From contig CBDHHL010000032.1 in assembly GCA_965263355.1 (NCBI GenBank), positions 2,080,001 to 2,144,000 of the forward strand: a stretch of DNA of 64,000 nucleotides, in the 5' to 3' direction. Below, piece after piece: positions 31,761 through 42,103 of this stretch (the first letter of the stretch is position 1; each line of letters begins with the position of its first letter). Both the position numbers and the translations under genes were made by a program. Under the pieces are notes generated by a model that made no database searches, was not told the DNA's origin, and was given only the letters and a program-made list of their open reading frames with translations. This stretch comes from Leptolyngbyaceae cyanobacterium. GTDB lineage: Bacteria; Cyanobacteriota; Cyanobacteriia; Phormidesmidales; Phormidesmidaceae.

Positions 31761-34700
31761 CTAGGATTGAGTTTCAGGACGGCAAAAAGAAAGTGCTTCT
31801 ATTGGATTGGTTTCCAAGTATTTAGTTAAATGCTTGCAGCCAAGAGCTAGCAGACTGTCTAAATCATACATTGGCCACACACGAATAGTCTGATCACGAC
31901 TGACCGTAAATATTTTTTGTCCATCAGAGCTAAAGTTAGCATTCCATACATCATCGGTATGCCCCCTTAGCTCAGCAATTTGGCTACCAGAAGTAGTATC
32001 CCAAACGCGAGCTGTATTATCTGCACTAGCGGTGACAATGTTTCGTCCATCAGGACTAAATCTTGCATTTCGGATAGCTTCAGTGTGACCTCTTAGATTA
32101 GCAATCTGCTCTCCAGAAACAGTGTCCCAAACTTTTACGGTGTTATCCTTTGTATTAGTAGCAAGAATATATTGGCCTTTAATAGGACTGAATACTATGT
32201 TCTTGAGGCTTTTGATACTGCCGTCCAATCTTGAAATAAGCTGACCAGAATTTGTATTCCAGATGAATATATTGTCATCACTGGCAGTTAAGACACTCTG
32301 TGGATCAGGACTAGGAATTATGTTCCAAATATCTTTGTTATGGCCATTAAACTCAGTTATGAGGCTGCCAGAGTCGACATCCCATACTTTCGCAAAATTA
32401 TTATCGGCAATAATAATTTGTTTTCCATCAAAGCTGAAATTTGCGGTGATGGTCCGAGCGCTATATTCTTCCAGTGAAAGAATGACATTACCAGAGTCTA
32501 CATCCCATACCCTGGTTGTTCCATTACTATCATGAGTAACAAGACGTCGTCCATTGGGACTAATAAATGCTTCAGTGCCAAAAACATCATCAATATTGAT
32601 AATGTTTTCTCCAGTGCGAGCGTTCCAAACACTAATGCTAAATATATCGTGGGTAAAAATCCGGCGTTCATCACTACTAAATTTCACGTCACGCACAGTA
32701 CCAGGATTTGGATTTCCAAGTTTAGATACAATGCGCCCGGAGTTTACATCCAATATCCAACCCGTTCTACTATCATCAACAGCAAGAAGACGTTGTCCAT
32801 CAACACTAATATCTATGACAGAGGCAAAATCTTTCTTAAGGTTTACAATGCGATGTCTTGGTTCTACATCCCATACTCGAGCGGTCTTATCTTCGCTCGC
32901 AGTGACAATATGTCGGCCATCGTGACTAAAATTTGCATCCCAGATATTACTTTCATGTCCCCATAGTCCACCTACTAGGCGACCAGATTCAACGTCCCAT
33001 ACTCGAGCAGTCTCATCGAAACTTGCGGTAACAATACGTTGACTATCAGAGCTAAAATTTGCATTTCTGATTTGTGCGGTATGCCCTCTCAGTTCTGTAA
33101 GCAATTCACTAGATTCAACATCCCACACTTGAGCAGTCGCCCCTCTAGTGGTTAATAGACGTCGTCCATCAGGACTAAAATCCACATCAAAATCATAGAA
33201 AAAGTTCCTGAATTGGGCTGTGATTTTACCGGACTTGATATTCAGTATTTGTGCAGTATTGTTTTCACTCACAGTAACAACCTGCTCCCCATCAGGACTA
33301 AAGAAAGCACTGTTGATTTTGTTGGTATCTTCTTTGAACTCGAAAACCAAAGAATCAGAATCAATTTCTAGTATCTGGACTGTGCCAGCATTACTGCCAA
33401 TCACAATCTGTTCCCCATCAGGACTAAAATTATGATTGTCTATCTTGCCAATATGGCTATTAAGCTCAATAACCTTTTCCCCAGAATCAACCTCCCAGAT
33501 CTGAACATTTCCATCTAAGCTTGCGGTAACAATACGCTTTCCATTAGAAATAAAGAAAGCGTTAATAGTCTGGTCGCTCAGACCTTCGATATGAGTAATG
33601 AGTTCGCCAGATTCCATGCTCCAGATTTTAGCAGTGTTATCAAAACTAGCCGTAACAATACGTTGGCTATCTGGATCAAAGTTTGCACTTAGGATACTGC
33701 TTGTGTGGCCTTTCAGCTCATGAACAAGTCTACCTGAATCGGCATCCCATACTCTAGATGTCTTATCACGACTAGCCGTAACAATGCGCCGACCATCGGG
33801 ACTAAAGTTCGCATCAATGACACCATCTGTATGTCTCGATAGATGATGAATTGCGGGAAGGTGATCTCTAAGAGCTATATCTAGAGCTAGTATTGGATTA
33901 AAAGCTGGAGAGGCTTCACCATTCCCTAATTGTTGCATACTCTTACTCAGCTTTTGAGCAGTTTTCATTGCTATCAACAATGATTCTACATTTGGAAACC
34001 GTTGCCATTGCTGTATAGCAATGGTTCCATCTCGCTCTAACTGTACTCCTTCTCTTGCTAGACCTAATTTTGCTACTGCTTCGTCTTGCTGTGCTTGGGC
34101 ATTGCGTAACTTCTCTTCTGCATCTTCAGTTAATTGTTCAGCATTATTCAGTTCCTGCTGTGCAGCCTCTATCGCTGCTTGGGCCGTCTGAACATCTTGC
34201 AAGGCCACCTGTTCTTTCTGCTGTGTCTCTAACAAATTTTCATTAGCCTGCTGAGCCTCTTCCTTAAATTCCTCAGCTTCTCCCTGAAACTTCTTGGCAG
34301 CTTTTTCAGCGTTCTTGACATCCTTTTCAGCACTCTTGGCAGCTTTCTCTAGAGTTTGCCTGTCTTTTTCTAAGGCTTGATTGTCTACCAATAATTGATC
34401 ATATTGAGTAACAGCTTTTTGAGCCCTTATATCAGCATCTTCTGCTGCAATTAAGCGATTAGCCGCAGTACCAACTGCAATCACAGCACCAATAATGATG
34501 CTCGCTAGCAAATATCCCCCCCACCGCAACCGCTGCCCCGTCTTCCTTAGCTCTCCTTTTTGTTCCTGCAACTGCTGTTCCTTTTCATGCAGTTCTTCAT
34601 CCGCTTTTTTTAGTCGCGCTTCAGCTTTCTCATTAGCTTCCGCCAAAATCGCCTTCGCCTGCTGCTCTGCCGTTAAAACCTCTCGCAGCTCCCGCCGCCC

Positions 34701-35956
34701 CAGTTCCTGGCTAGCATCCAAAAACAACCGATCATCATCACTTAGCCGTTTCCCAGTCGCCCAACCCCGCGCCTGTTGTAACGCATCCCCCTGCAACAAT
34801 AAAGACTCATCCTGTCGCCCAGAAGCCACCCACGCTGCAATCGTCGTCCCATAGGGCCGCAACTTCAACAACCCAGCATCAATCCATTCCTGGTCAAATA
34901 CCGCCTTATAAATTGGGTTTGCCACCCGCAAATAGTTCTGTTCTTCCCGTATCAGACCCGATAATCGCAATTCAATCTGTTCATCGTTGCTATCTGCTAC
35001 GATTTCCTCCACCTGCAACACCCGTTGATACAGCCCCAACAGCCGACCAGTTCTCTCCTCATCCGCCAGAATCCGGTCCCGAATCGTTTTCAAATGCACC
35101 GACACATCCTGAGCTTCCCAGTCATCAATCACCCGCGACTGCACCAACTGTGCCACCAGCTCCGCTTCACTGCCAGCAGCAATAGTAAACTGCGAAGTAG
35201 CAATCAACTCACACAGTCGCTGGGTCAAAACGGCTGTCCCTTGGTCCAGTGCAAAATCTCATGCAGCACCGCCACCGGATTCTCAGCCAACCCTGCCACC
35301 CCTGCCGCCAGAGGGCTAATTTCCGTAGCCTGAAACCCCTTCAGATCAATCAGCCGACCCCCAATATTAAACGACGTGCGCGTCTTATCCCGAATCAAAT
35401 CATTCGGTGTCGCCACCCCTAACAGCACAAAACTCAGCCGATCAAATGCATTTAAATCTGACCGCTCCTGATAAAACGACCGAATCAGGGCAAAAAAGTC
35501 GTCATTAAAGTCAAACTTAAACAGACTGTCGATTTCATCGATAAAAATAACAATCGGCCCAGACAGTTCGTTCAGCAACACATCCTCAACAAACTCACTA
35601 AACCGCTGTACCGGCGACAACCCATCCCGCTCTCGCCACCAGGGCAACACCTTCATCGACAGCCCCAAACTCCGGCTCAGCCTGCGGATCAAACCCAAGT
35701 ACCACTCCGCCGATGTAGCCCCCTCACCAACAATGCTATTCACCTCCACCACACCACAGGCCACACCATCCGCTTTCAGCCGCTGCATCACCTGCACCCG
35801 CAGGCTCGACTTACCCATCTGCCGCGAGTTAAACACATAGCAATACTCCCCAGCCTTCAGAGCATCGTATAGCTCTCGATCCGCCTCGCGAGTCACATAG
35901 GTAGGCGCATCTTGCCTGAGAGCACCACCCACCGTGTACTGATATGCTGCAGCCAT
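31761..35956 (-). CDS. AAA_35 ATPase-TM-coiled coil-WD40 (16 repeats) protein; one gene split by a 1-nt frameshift at ~35226
   Basis: ORF 35225-35956 ends GQPF* and ORF 31761-35228 begins LTQRLC; one extra T restores GQPFLTQ as in the paralog. Walker [35 protein letters not shown]; 16 WD40 repeats counted. Confidence 0.88.
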
Positions 35957-35959
35957 GGT

Positions 35960-36000
35960 TTACCCCTCCAAATGCTCCCGAAAATACTCTCGATACATCT
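35960..36000. repeat. 41-bp direct repeat, a copy of the 3' end of the CHAT-TIR-ATPase gene
   Basis: ttacccctccaaatgctcccgaaaatactctcgatacatct vs 37796-37836, 3 mismatches. Confidence 0.9.
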
Positions 36001-36011
36001 TATGACGACAC

Positions 36012-36305
36012 TTACCCAATCCCTAACTGATTCAGAAGTGCTTCATGGGAAATAGTCTCCTGACGATTCCGCTGACGCTTCTCTTTCTTTCCGTCCAATG
36101 GAATATCTACTAAGGACAATACTGGTAATAATGTAGCCGCCTTAAACGCCTCGATATCCTGAATTAACTCATCCAATGACTCTCCCCAAGGCTCCACAGC
36201 ATTGGCGGTACAGCTTAAAATTTCTCCCCGCTCACCGTAATAAACTTCTCTAATGATATGGTCACCATTTTCCTCTCGAAAAACTCGGTAATTCCAGCTC
36301 AGCAT
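36012..36305 (-). CDS. Hypothetical protein, candidate antitoxin downstream of RelE
   Basis: Coupled to relE (TAATG overlap at 36305); C-terminal ETISHEALLNQLG resembles RelB/ParD-type tails. Confidence 0.65.
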   Translation of the reverse strand: MLSWNYRVFREENGDHIIREVYYGERGEILSCTANAVEPWGESLDELIQDIEAFKAATLLPVLSLVDIPLDGKKEKRQRNRQETISHEALLNQLGIG

Positions 36306-36601
36306 TACAGATCCTCCTGTTTACCTCGAAAGAAAAATTCATGACTGCGCTTTTCAGCAATGCGCTGAATCTCTACAATCCGCACCTGATTGTCTACATC
36401 ATAAAGTATGCGAAACTTACTGATCCGCAATTCCCACTCAGCTATATCATTTGCCCGCATGCGCTTACGATTTCGAGTTTCCGTCGTTGGTTCATGACGC
36501 AGCTGAATCTCAATACCTTCCAGAATTTTGACCTGCTCATGTTTTTGAAAGTATGTCAGATCCTGGATCGCAGCTGAAGTGTAGTCAATGCTATACATCA
36601 A
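36305..36601 (-). CDS. RelE/ParE-family toxin
   Basis: YSIDYTSAAIQDL...WELRISKFRILYDVD...IVEIQRIAEK. Confidence 0.85.
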   Translation of the reverse strand: MMYSIDYTSAAIQDLTYFQKHEQVKILEGIEIQLRHEPTTETRNRKRMRANDIAEWELRISKFRILYDVDNQVRIVEIQRIAEKRSHEFFFRGKQEDL

Positions 36602-36794
36602 AGGGTGAGTGGAAACCTCTACAATTTAATATTTCTGACAAAATTATACGCCACACCCATCGTTTATCTTAGAGAAGCATCGGAAAACTATGTTTATTCC
36701 CAGCAGGGTATCTTGTCTAATGAAGTTGAAAAAGGTCGAACCGCCACCCCTAAAGAATCCATAAACATCGTGAAGTTTTCTGGAGACGCTGAAC

Positions 36795-37304
36795 ATGTCA
36801 CCCACAGAGTATAAGCAATTATTCAACCAAGCTTATCAGACATACCATGCCAGTCCGGCGTTTGATACTGACGCCTACTTTGACCCTAATACGCCTGAAA
36901 GCGATATCCCAGAAATTCCAGAGATTCCTCTATGCGATGATCTGGCTTTAGAGATGCTAAAGGCAAAGGTACCCTACTGGGAGCACTATAGTTGGATAAA
37001 AGCGTGTGATGGTGCCCTTTGCAGCCTTGTTTTTAACGCTAACTATGACCTGGCCAACGAGTTGGCTGCATGGCTGATGGCAAATGCGCCTAAAGGCGTT
37101 GCTGAGCAGTATCCCGACCTCGTAAACTATGCCGCTGGTGACTTTCCGGTAGAGCAGGTTGATCGTCAGCATGAAATGCTGTCTTACATCAAAGAACAGA
37201 AATGGCGTAATGAACCCCGACGAGAGATCGAAATTCCACAAGGGTCTCCTGATGTTCCTCCTTGGCGGTTAGCCAAGCAGACAATGCCTCAAACATCCGC
37301 ATAA
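36795..37304 (+). CDS. Hypothetical protein within the insert
   Basis: 169-aa ATG ORF, acidic; no recognisable motif. Confidence 0.6.
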   Translation: MSPTEYKQLFNQAYQTYHASPAFDTDAYFDPNTPESDIPEIPEIPLCDDLALEMLKAKVPYWEHYSWIKACDGALCSLVFNANYDLANELAAWLMANAPKGVAEQYPDLVNYAAGDFPVEQVDRQHEMLSYIKEQKWRNEPRREIEIPQGSPDVPPWRLAKQTMPQTSA

Positions 37305-37624
37305 GTTCTTAGAAGTTGTTAATAAACAACCTCATAATTTAAATTCTACATGTTGAAACTTTTGCAAAAATCGATCCAGAACATAGATAATCGTCCCTGC
37401 CGTAACCCCAAACTTAATGCTATTAGGGATAGCTCAGTACGGTGGGTTGCAGGGCGGCGTTCCGGCCCTGTCCAGGGGGGTTGGGGAACACGGAAGGACC
37501 CCAAGCAACACCTTTAATGCCACACCAACCGCCAGAGTTACCACCTGAAACCATAAGCTTTTTTTAACAGGTCCTTACGGTTTTTACATTCATAGGATCG
37601 AGGATTTTATAACATGCCAACTCA

Positions 37625-37712
37625 CCCCTCCTGGGAGGGGTGCCGCAGGTGGGGTGGGTTTCGAGCACTTGCGCCAACGACCAACCCACCCCGTTGCCCC
37701 TCCCAGGAGGGG
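37625..37712. repeat. Palindromic REP/MITE-like element
   Basis: CCCCTCCTGGGAGGGG / CCCCTCCCAGGAGGGG perfect 16-bp inverted repeat plus GGGGTGGGTT / AACCCACCCC. Confidence 0.8.
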
Positions 37713-37795
37713 AAATGGTATTCCGATTTACCTCAAGCAAACTATGGAAGTTATTAAATCCTCATTCCATAGCGTTTTGCTAAATTGTAGTTCCC

Positions 37796-40033
37796 TTACC
37801 CCTCCAAATGCTCCTGAAAATACTCGCGATAAATCTCACATAATGGCGATGCCTGATTCCCCGACAGCGTTACCAGCCCCATACTTTCCAACTTAAACGA
37901 AGACTCTGCATCAATATCCACCGGACGACGCTTTGTTACCACCTGCCGAAACGCTTCTGCCAGCTGCGGATAGTCCTGTAGTACATATAAATGCCGCCGC
38001 AGATGATCACTGTAAATGCCTGCTTCCGTCGCCGCTGTCTCAGTTAATGCATTTATGCCCATATCATCCCGCCGCAGATGATACAGCGCCTTTCTTATCA
38101 AATAGGGATGTCCCCCTACCAATTCCATCAACGCCTCCGTCTGACTCGCACTGGCCGACACCCCATACCGCTGGGCCAAATCCTGTACTTGCTCCGCCGA
38201 AAACTCTTCTAACTCCACATTTTTGCCTACATTAAATGGCGACTGGTTAATATTCAACGGCACATAGGCCTCGGTAGAATGCACCACCACCAGCCGCAGT
38301 TTCTCCCATAGCTCGCTACCAAAATCCCCATAGCGGGCCGACTCATACCAGGACCGCAACAACCCAAAGAAATCATCCGCTACAGTGGCATGGGGAAACA
38401 CCATATCCACCTCGTCCAACGCCAATATCAGCGGCGTTTCCAGCTCCTCTAGCAAACACTCTTCAAAATAGGCGATGCACTTATCCTTACTACCAAAGCC
38501 CATCCAATAGTCTTCCAGCTCCTTGAGCTTTTTCAACCTGCGCCCCACCTGGGTGCAAAGCCACTTCAGCAATAGATCTAAATCATGAAACAGCCGACTG
38601 TCCGCCCGCTGAAAACTTACGGGCACCGTTGCATAGCCCAGCTCTCGACCATGGTTTAAAATCCGGGCCATCAGCGATGTTTTGCCCATTTGCCGGGGCG
38701 CTTTGATACGAATTAACGACCCTGACTGCTCAATTTCAGCAAAGCAGTCAATTTCAATGGGGGGACGATCGACATATAGTCCTGACTTTAAGGGGACAGA
38801 TCCCCCTGGCTCTCGCTGTAGCTCCGGTTCTGCCACCGGTAAAGGGGGCCGGTCGATACTGTCGATGACTGGCCGAATGGGGAGAACAGGTTCACCTACC
38901 TCATCCGGAGGCACAACGATGGCTTTCCTTTGCTGGTTGGCTGATGTTTGCATCAGCGACATTAGCTCCTCAAGTAAAACTGGAGTATCTACCGCTGACT
39001 GCCATTGCCGCTGCTGAATCTGTTCTAAATAGCTGCGCAGTTCATAGTTGAGCGGATCATCCATGGGAAACTGCACCCGAATGGGCAAAATCATCGGGCG
39101 ATCGCACTGGTCCCGTAAACTGCGGGCACGCTTCACCTCTTCGGTCACCATTTCGCTAGTGGCGGAAAGTGGGGATAGCAATAGCAAAAAATAGTCGCAC
39201 TGGTGCAGTTCTGCGCTGATGCGTTTGCGCCAGTCCTCACCAAGCTTAATGCTTTCTGCTGCCATAAAAGGGGTATGACCAGCCTGCTCAAAGGCGGTAT
39301 AAAACTGCTGGGCTAGCTCCTTATCGGGAGCTTCATCGCGATAGCTAATAAAAATACGCTGGGTGGCAGTTCGACGGTCTGAAGCACTAGCTTTACTAAC
39401 AAACCGATCATCGATGACTTTGCCCGCACGCGTTCTTAGTACCGGAGTCGCCACTTCATTAGAAAAATCTTCCAAATCAATGGCAGTACGACCCATTTCA
39501 TAGGCGGCTTCGTAGGAACTGCTATGGCCCAGGGCTGTGTAAAACCCCCGCGAAAAGCTAATGGCCGCTACATCACCAATGGGCTGATTCATGCCAATGA
39601 CGCAGGATACAAACTGGCTAATGGCCTGGGCCTGACTATCGGAATAGCAGGCATTGAGTAGGACGCATTCTACATTGGATAAGTTCTGAAATAATCGCGC
39701 CAGTGCTCGCGTCGGTACCAGCTGACTACGGCCTCGGCTATCATCCAGCACCAGACCATGGTCACCGACACCATGGCCAATAAAGTGGACAATATGGGGC
39801 TGGTGGGACATCAACGCCTGGATCAGATCCTCAGTGCGTACAGCCCATTCTGAAACGATTTGAAACTGATCTCGTTCTTTAGATAGCTGAATACTGCGCT
39901 GAATACTACGTACTTCTTCATCCAAACTAAGTCTGGATGTGTCGCCAGGATTGGCCGCTAGTACTAGAATTTTGCGAACTGGCAACTTGGCATTTGTGGG
40001 CATAGATCCAGATATTTTGGCGATTGTCAACAA
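37796..40033 (-). CDS. CHAT (caspase-like)-TIR-AAA_35 ATPase fusion (likely ATG start at 40003)
   Basis: CHAT: KILVLAANP, VHFIGHG, LNACYS. TIR: RIFISYR...GEDW...SEMVTEEV. ATPase: APRQMGKTS, LALDEVD, SPFNVG, VGGHPYL. Confidence 0.92.
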   Translation of the reverse strand: MLTIAKISGSMPTNAKLPVRKILVLAANPGDTSRLSLDEEVRSIQRSIQLSKERDQFQIVSEWAVRTEDLIQALMSHQPHIVHFIGHGVGDHGLVLDDSRGRSQLVPTRALARLFQNLSNVECVLLNACYSDSQAQAISQFVSCVIGMNQPIGDVAAISFSRGFYTALGHSSSYEAAYEMGRTAIDLEDFSNEVATPVLRTRAGKVIDDRFVSKASASDRRTATQRIFISYRDEAPDKELAQQFYTAFEQAGHTPFMAAESIKLGEDWRKRISAELHQCDYFLLLLSPLSATSEMVTEEVKRARSLRDQCDRPMILPIRVQFPMDDPLNYELRSYLEQIQQRQWQSAVDTPVLLEELMSLMQTSANQQRKAIVVPPDEVGEPVLPIRPVIDSIDRPPLPVAEPELQREPGGSVPLKSGLYVDRPPIEIDCFAEIEQSGSLIRIKAPRQMGKTSLMARILNHGRELGYATVPVSFQRADSRLFHDLDLLLKWLCTQVGRRLKKLKELEDYWMGFGSKDKCIAYFEECLLEELETPLILALDEVDMVFPHATVADDFFGLLRSWYESARYGDFGSELWEKLRLVVVHSTEAYVPLNINQSPFNVGKNVELEEFSAEQVQDLAQRYGVSASASQTEALMELVGGHPYLIRKALYHLRRDDMGINALTETAATEAGIYSDHLRRHLYVLQDYPQLAEAFRQVVTKRRPVDIDAESSFKLESMGLVTLSGNQASPLCEIYREYFQEHLEG

Positions 40034-40288
40034 GGTTTGAACCCTTACTTAAAAATCTCACAAATTCTTATTGATGTCTTTAGAGCAAGATATGTGTTTA
40101 AGATAAACATTTTGGACACATCTTAACCCTAATTAAATCTTACTTTGCCATAGTCAACTGTCGTCGACAGTAGCATATCGATCTATCCGAAGTTGATATG
40201 TGATGAGGATGGACATCAGGGGGATTGCCGCTTTTTTATCGCTTGCTCTACGTTTTTTATGATCAAATTTCCCAGTGGATTGGAGGGA

Positions 40289-42103
40289 ATGGATTTCATT
40301 CCTCTCATTCCTAAGCTGCCCCCCTGTAAGTTGCATTGGCCCCACAAATCTTGGAATAACTATTTTCGTCGACTATCCATTGGGAAAAAAATTGGACTTG
40401 GGTATGCCACTGCGCTAGCAGTCGCGCTGGCGGGAACAATGAGCGGTATAACTTGGGCTCAATACCACCAGCGTTTGGCGACTGAATATGCCGACAATAT
40501 TCGGACACAAACAGAAACAATCCAACGGCTTCAGCTGGATGCTCTAGAATCTCAGCTAGAGTTGCGATCGCTAATCACGTACACCAGTCAACCTAACAAA
40601 TTCATTGCTACAAACTACAAGCTCCGCCGCAGCTTGAAAAAAATGAGCAACGATTTGCAGCAGTTAAAAGTGGAGCCAATGAATGATGATGACCAGTATC
40701 AAAAACACCTATCCACATTAATAGACAGCTACGCCTCAAGTTTTGACCAATATGAACAGCGTATTGATCAGCTTGTTTTTGATATTGACCAAAGCCTGTT
40801 TCAAAACAAAGGCCTAACCTCAACAGAAATTCAAAAGATCAATACTACGACAACTATTCTAAAGCGGTATTCAGAGGATCCGCTCATTCAAAAGTTTAAC
40901 CAGTTACCCCGCAGGCTTAGTCCCTTAGCAAAAGATGCTCAGGTCGCCCTAACGCTCTCTCAACAACAATTAACCAAAGTAGAACGTCGTAGTCATTGGG
41001 TAATTGTGTGGAGTTTTGCCCTATCCACCCTGTTAGCAGGGGCTATTGCTTATTTTATTAATAGGGCAGTCACCCAACCGATTCAACGTTTAACCGTTAC
41101 TGCTAGAGATAGCATCCAGTCCGCTAATTTTGATCTGCAAGTACCAGTCACTACAGAAGATGAAATTGGCATACTCACAGTTGCATTCAATGAATATATT
41201 CACGGTGTTAAACAACTATTACAGGAACGCCAAGAAACTGAGCGCCAGTTAATACAATCTGAAAAATTGTCGAGTCTTGGGCAATTGGTGGCAGGTATTG
41301 CCCATGAAATCAATAATCCCATTAACTTTATCTATGGTAATTTAGGGCACCTTGAAAGGTATAACCAAGACCTGTTTCACCTCATCTCTGCATTAGAACA
41401 AAAACTAAAAGTTTCTCCAGAGATTACGCTTGATGATATTGACAGGATTAAAGAAACTATCGAGTTTAATTTCATTAAGGACGATTTACCCAAGGTTTTA
41501 GGCTCCCTTGCCCTAGGGGCTGAACGCATTCAAACGATTGTTAAGGGGCTACGAACCTTTTCCCGTTTAAATGAAGTTGAAATGAAAACCGTCAACATTC
41601 ATGACGAAATCGAAAATACTTTGTTGATTTTGCAACATCGATCAAAAACGGTTCCTGGCTTACATATCAGGCGAGACTACGATAAATTTCCCTATGTTGA
41701 ATGTTATAGTGGTGAGTTAAACCAGGTATTTATGAACATACTGACCAATAGCATTGATGCCCTAGAAGGAGATCCGCCAGAGCACCCTCAAATTACTATT
41801 CAGACACGTCATATCCTGAGTAAGGATGCTGTTGTTATCTGTATCAAGGACAATGGGCCAGGAATTCCCGAAAACATTCAAAACAAAATTTTTAACCCAT
41901 TTTTTACCACTAAAGAAGTGGGTAAGGGCACAGGGTTAGGAATGTCCATTAGCCATCAAATCATTACCGAACGGCATCAGGGCACCCTAAACTGTCACTC
42001 CACCCTAGGAAAAGGTGCAGAGTTCATTATAGAAATTCCGGTTCGCCAATCATTATCGCCAATCTCACATCACTTGGGGGGAGAGGGTCGCCAGGTGCCA
42101 TGA
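40289..42103 (+). CDS. Membrane HAMP-domain sensor histidine kinase
   Basis: Two TMs, HAMP (DEIGILTVAFN), H-box AGIAHEINNP, N/G boxes (DNGPGI, FFTTKEVGKGTGLG). Confidence 0.95.
   Translation: MDFIPLIPKLPPCKLHWPHKSWNNYFRRLSIGKKIGLGYATALAVALAGTMSGITWAQYHQRLATEYADNIRTQTETIQRLQLDALESQLELRSLITYTSQPNKFIATNYKLRRSLKKMSNDLQQLKVEPMNDDDQYQKHLSTLIDSYASSFDQYEQRIDQLVFDIDQSLFQNKGLTSTEIQKINTTTTILKRYSEDPLIQKFNQLPRRLSPLAKDAQVALTLSQQQLTKVERRSHWVIVWSFALSTLLAGAIAYFINRAVTQPIQRLTVTARDSIQSANFDLQVPVTTEDEIGILTVAFNEYIHGVKQLLQERQETERQLIQSEKLSSLGQLVAGIAHEINNPINFIYGNLGHLERYNQDLFHLISALEQKLKVSPEITLDDIDRIKETIEFNFIKDDLPKVLGSLALGAERIQTIVKGLRTFSRLNEVEMKTVNIHDEIENTLLILQHRSKTVPGLHIRRDYDKFPYVECYSGELNQVFMNILTNSIDALEGDPPEHPQITIQTRHILSKDAVVICIKDNGPGIPENIQNKIFNPFFTTKEVGKGTGLGMSISHQIITERHQGTLNCHSTLGKGAEFIIEIPVRQSLSPISHHLGGEGRQVP

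Noticed and set aside
31900..33850. Diversity-generating retroelement acting on the WD40 repeats
   Set aside because: No reverse transcriptase and no template/variable repeat pair differing only at adenines was seen.
31761..35956. Two separate genes as given in the ORF track
   Set aside because: The break falls inside the conserved GQPFLTQ motif; best explained as one frameshifted gene.
37440..37580. IS element or transposase remnant
   Set aside because: GC-rich hairpins are present but no transposase frame or paired terminal repeats could be identified.
42070..42103. Functional significance of the convergent 34-bp gene overlap
   Set aside because: Short tail-to-tail overlaps are common; no further evidence.
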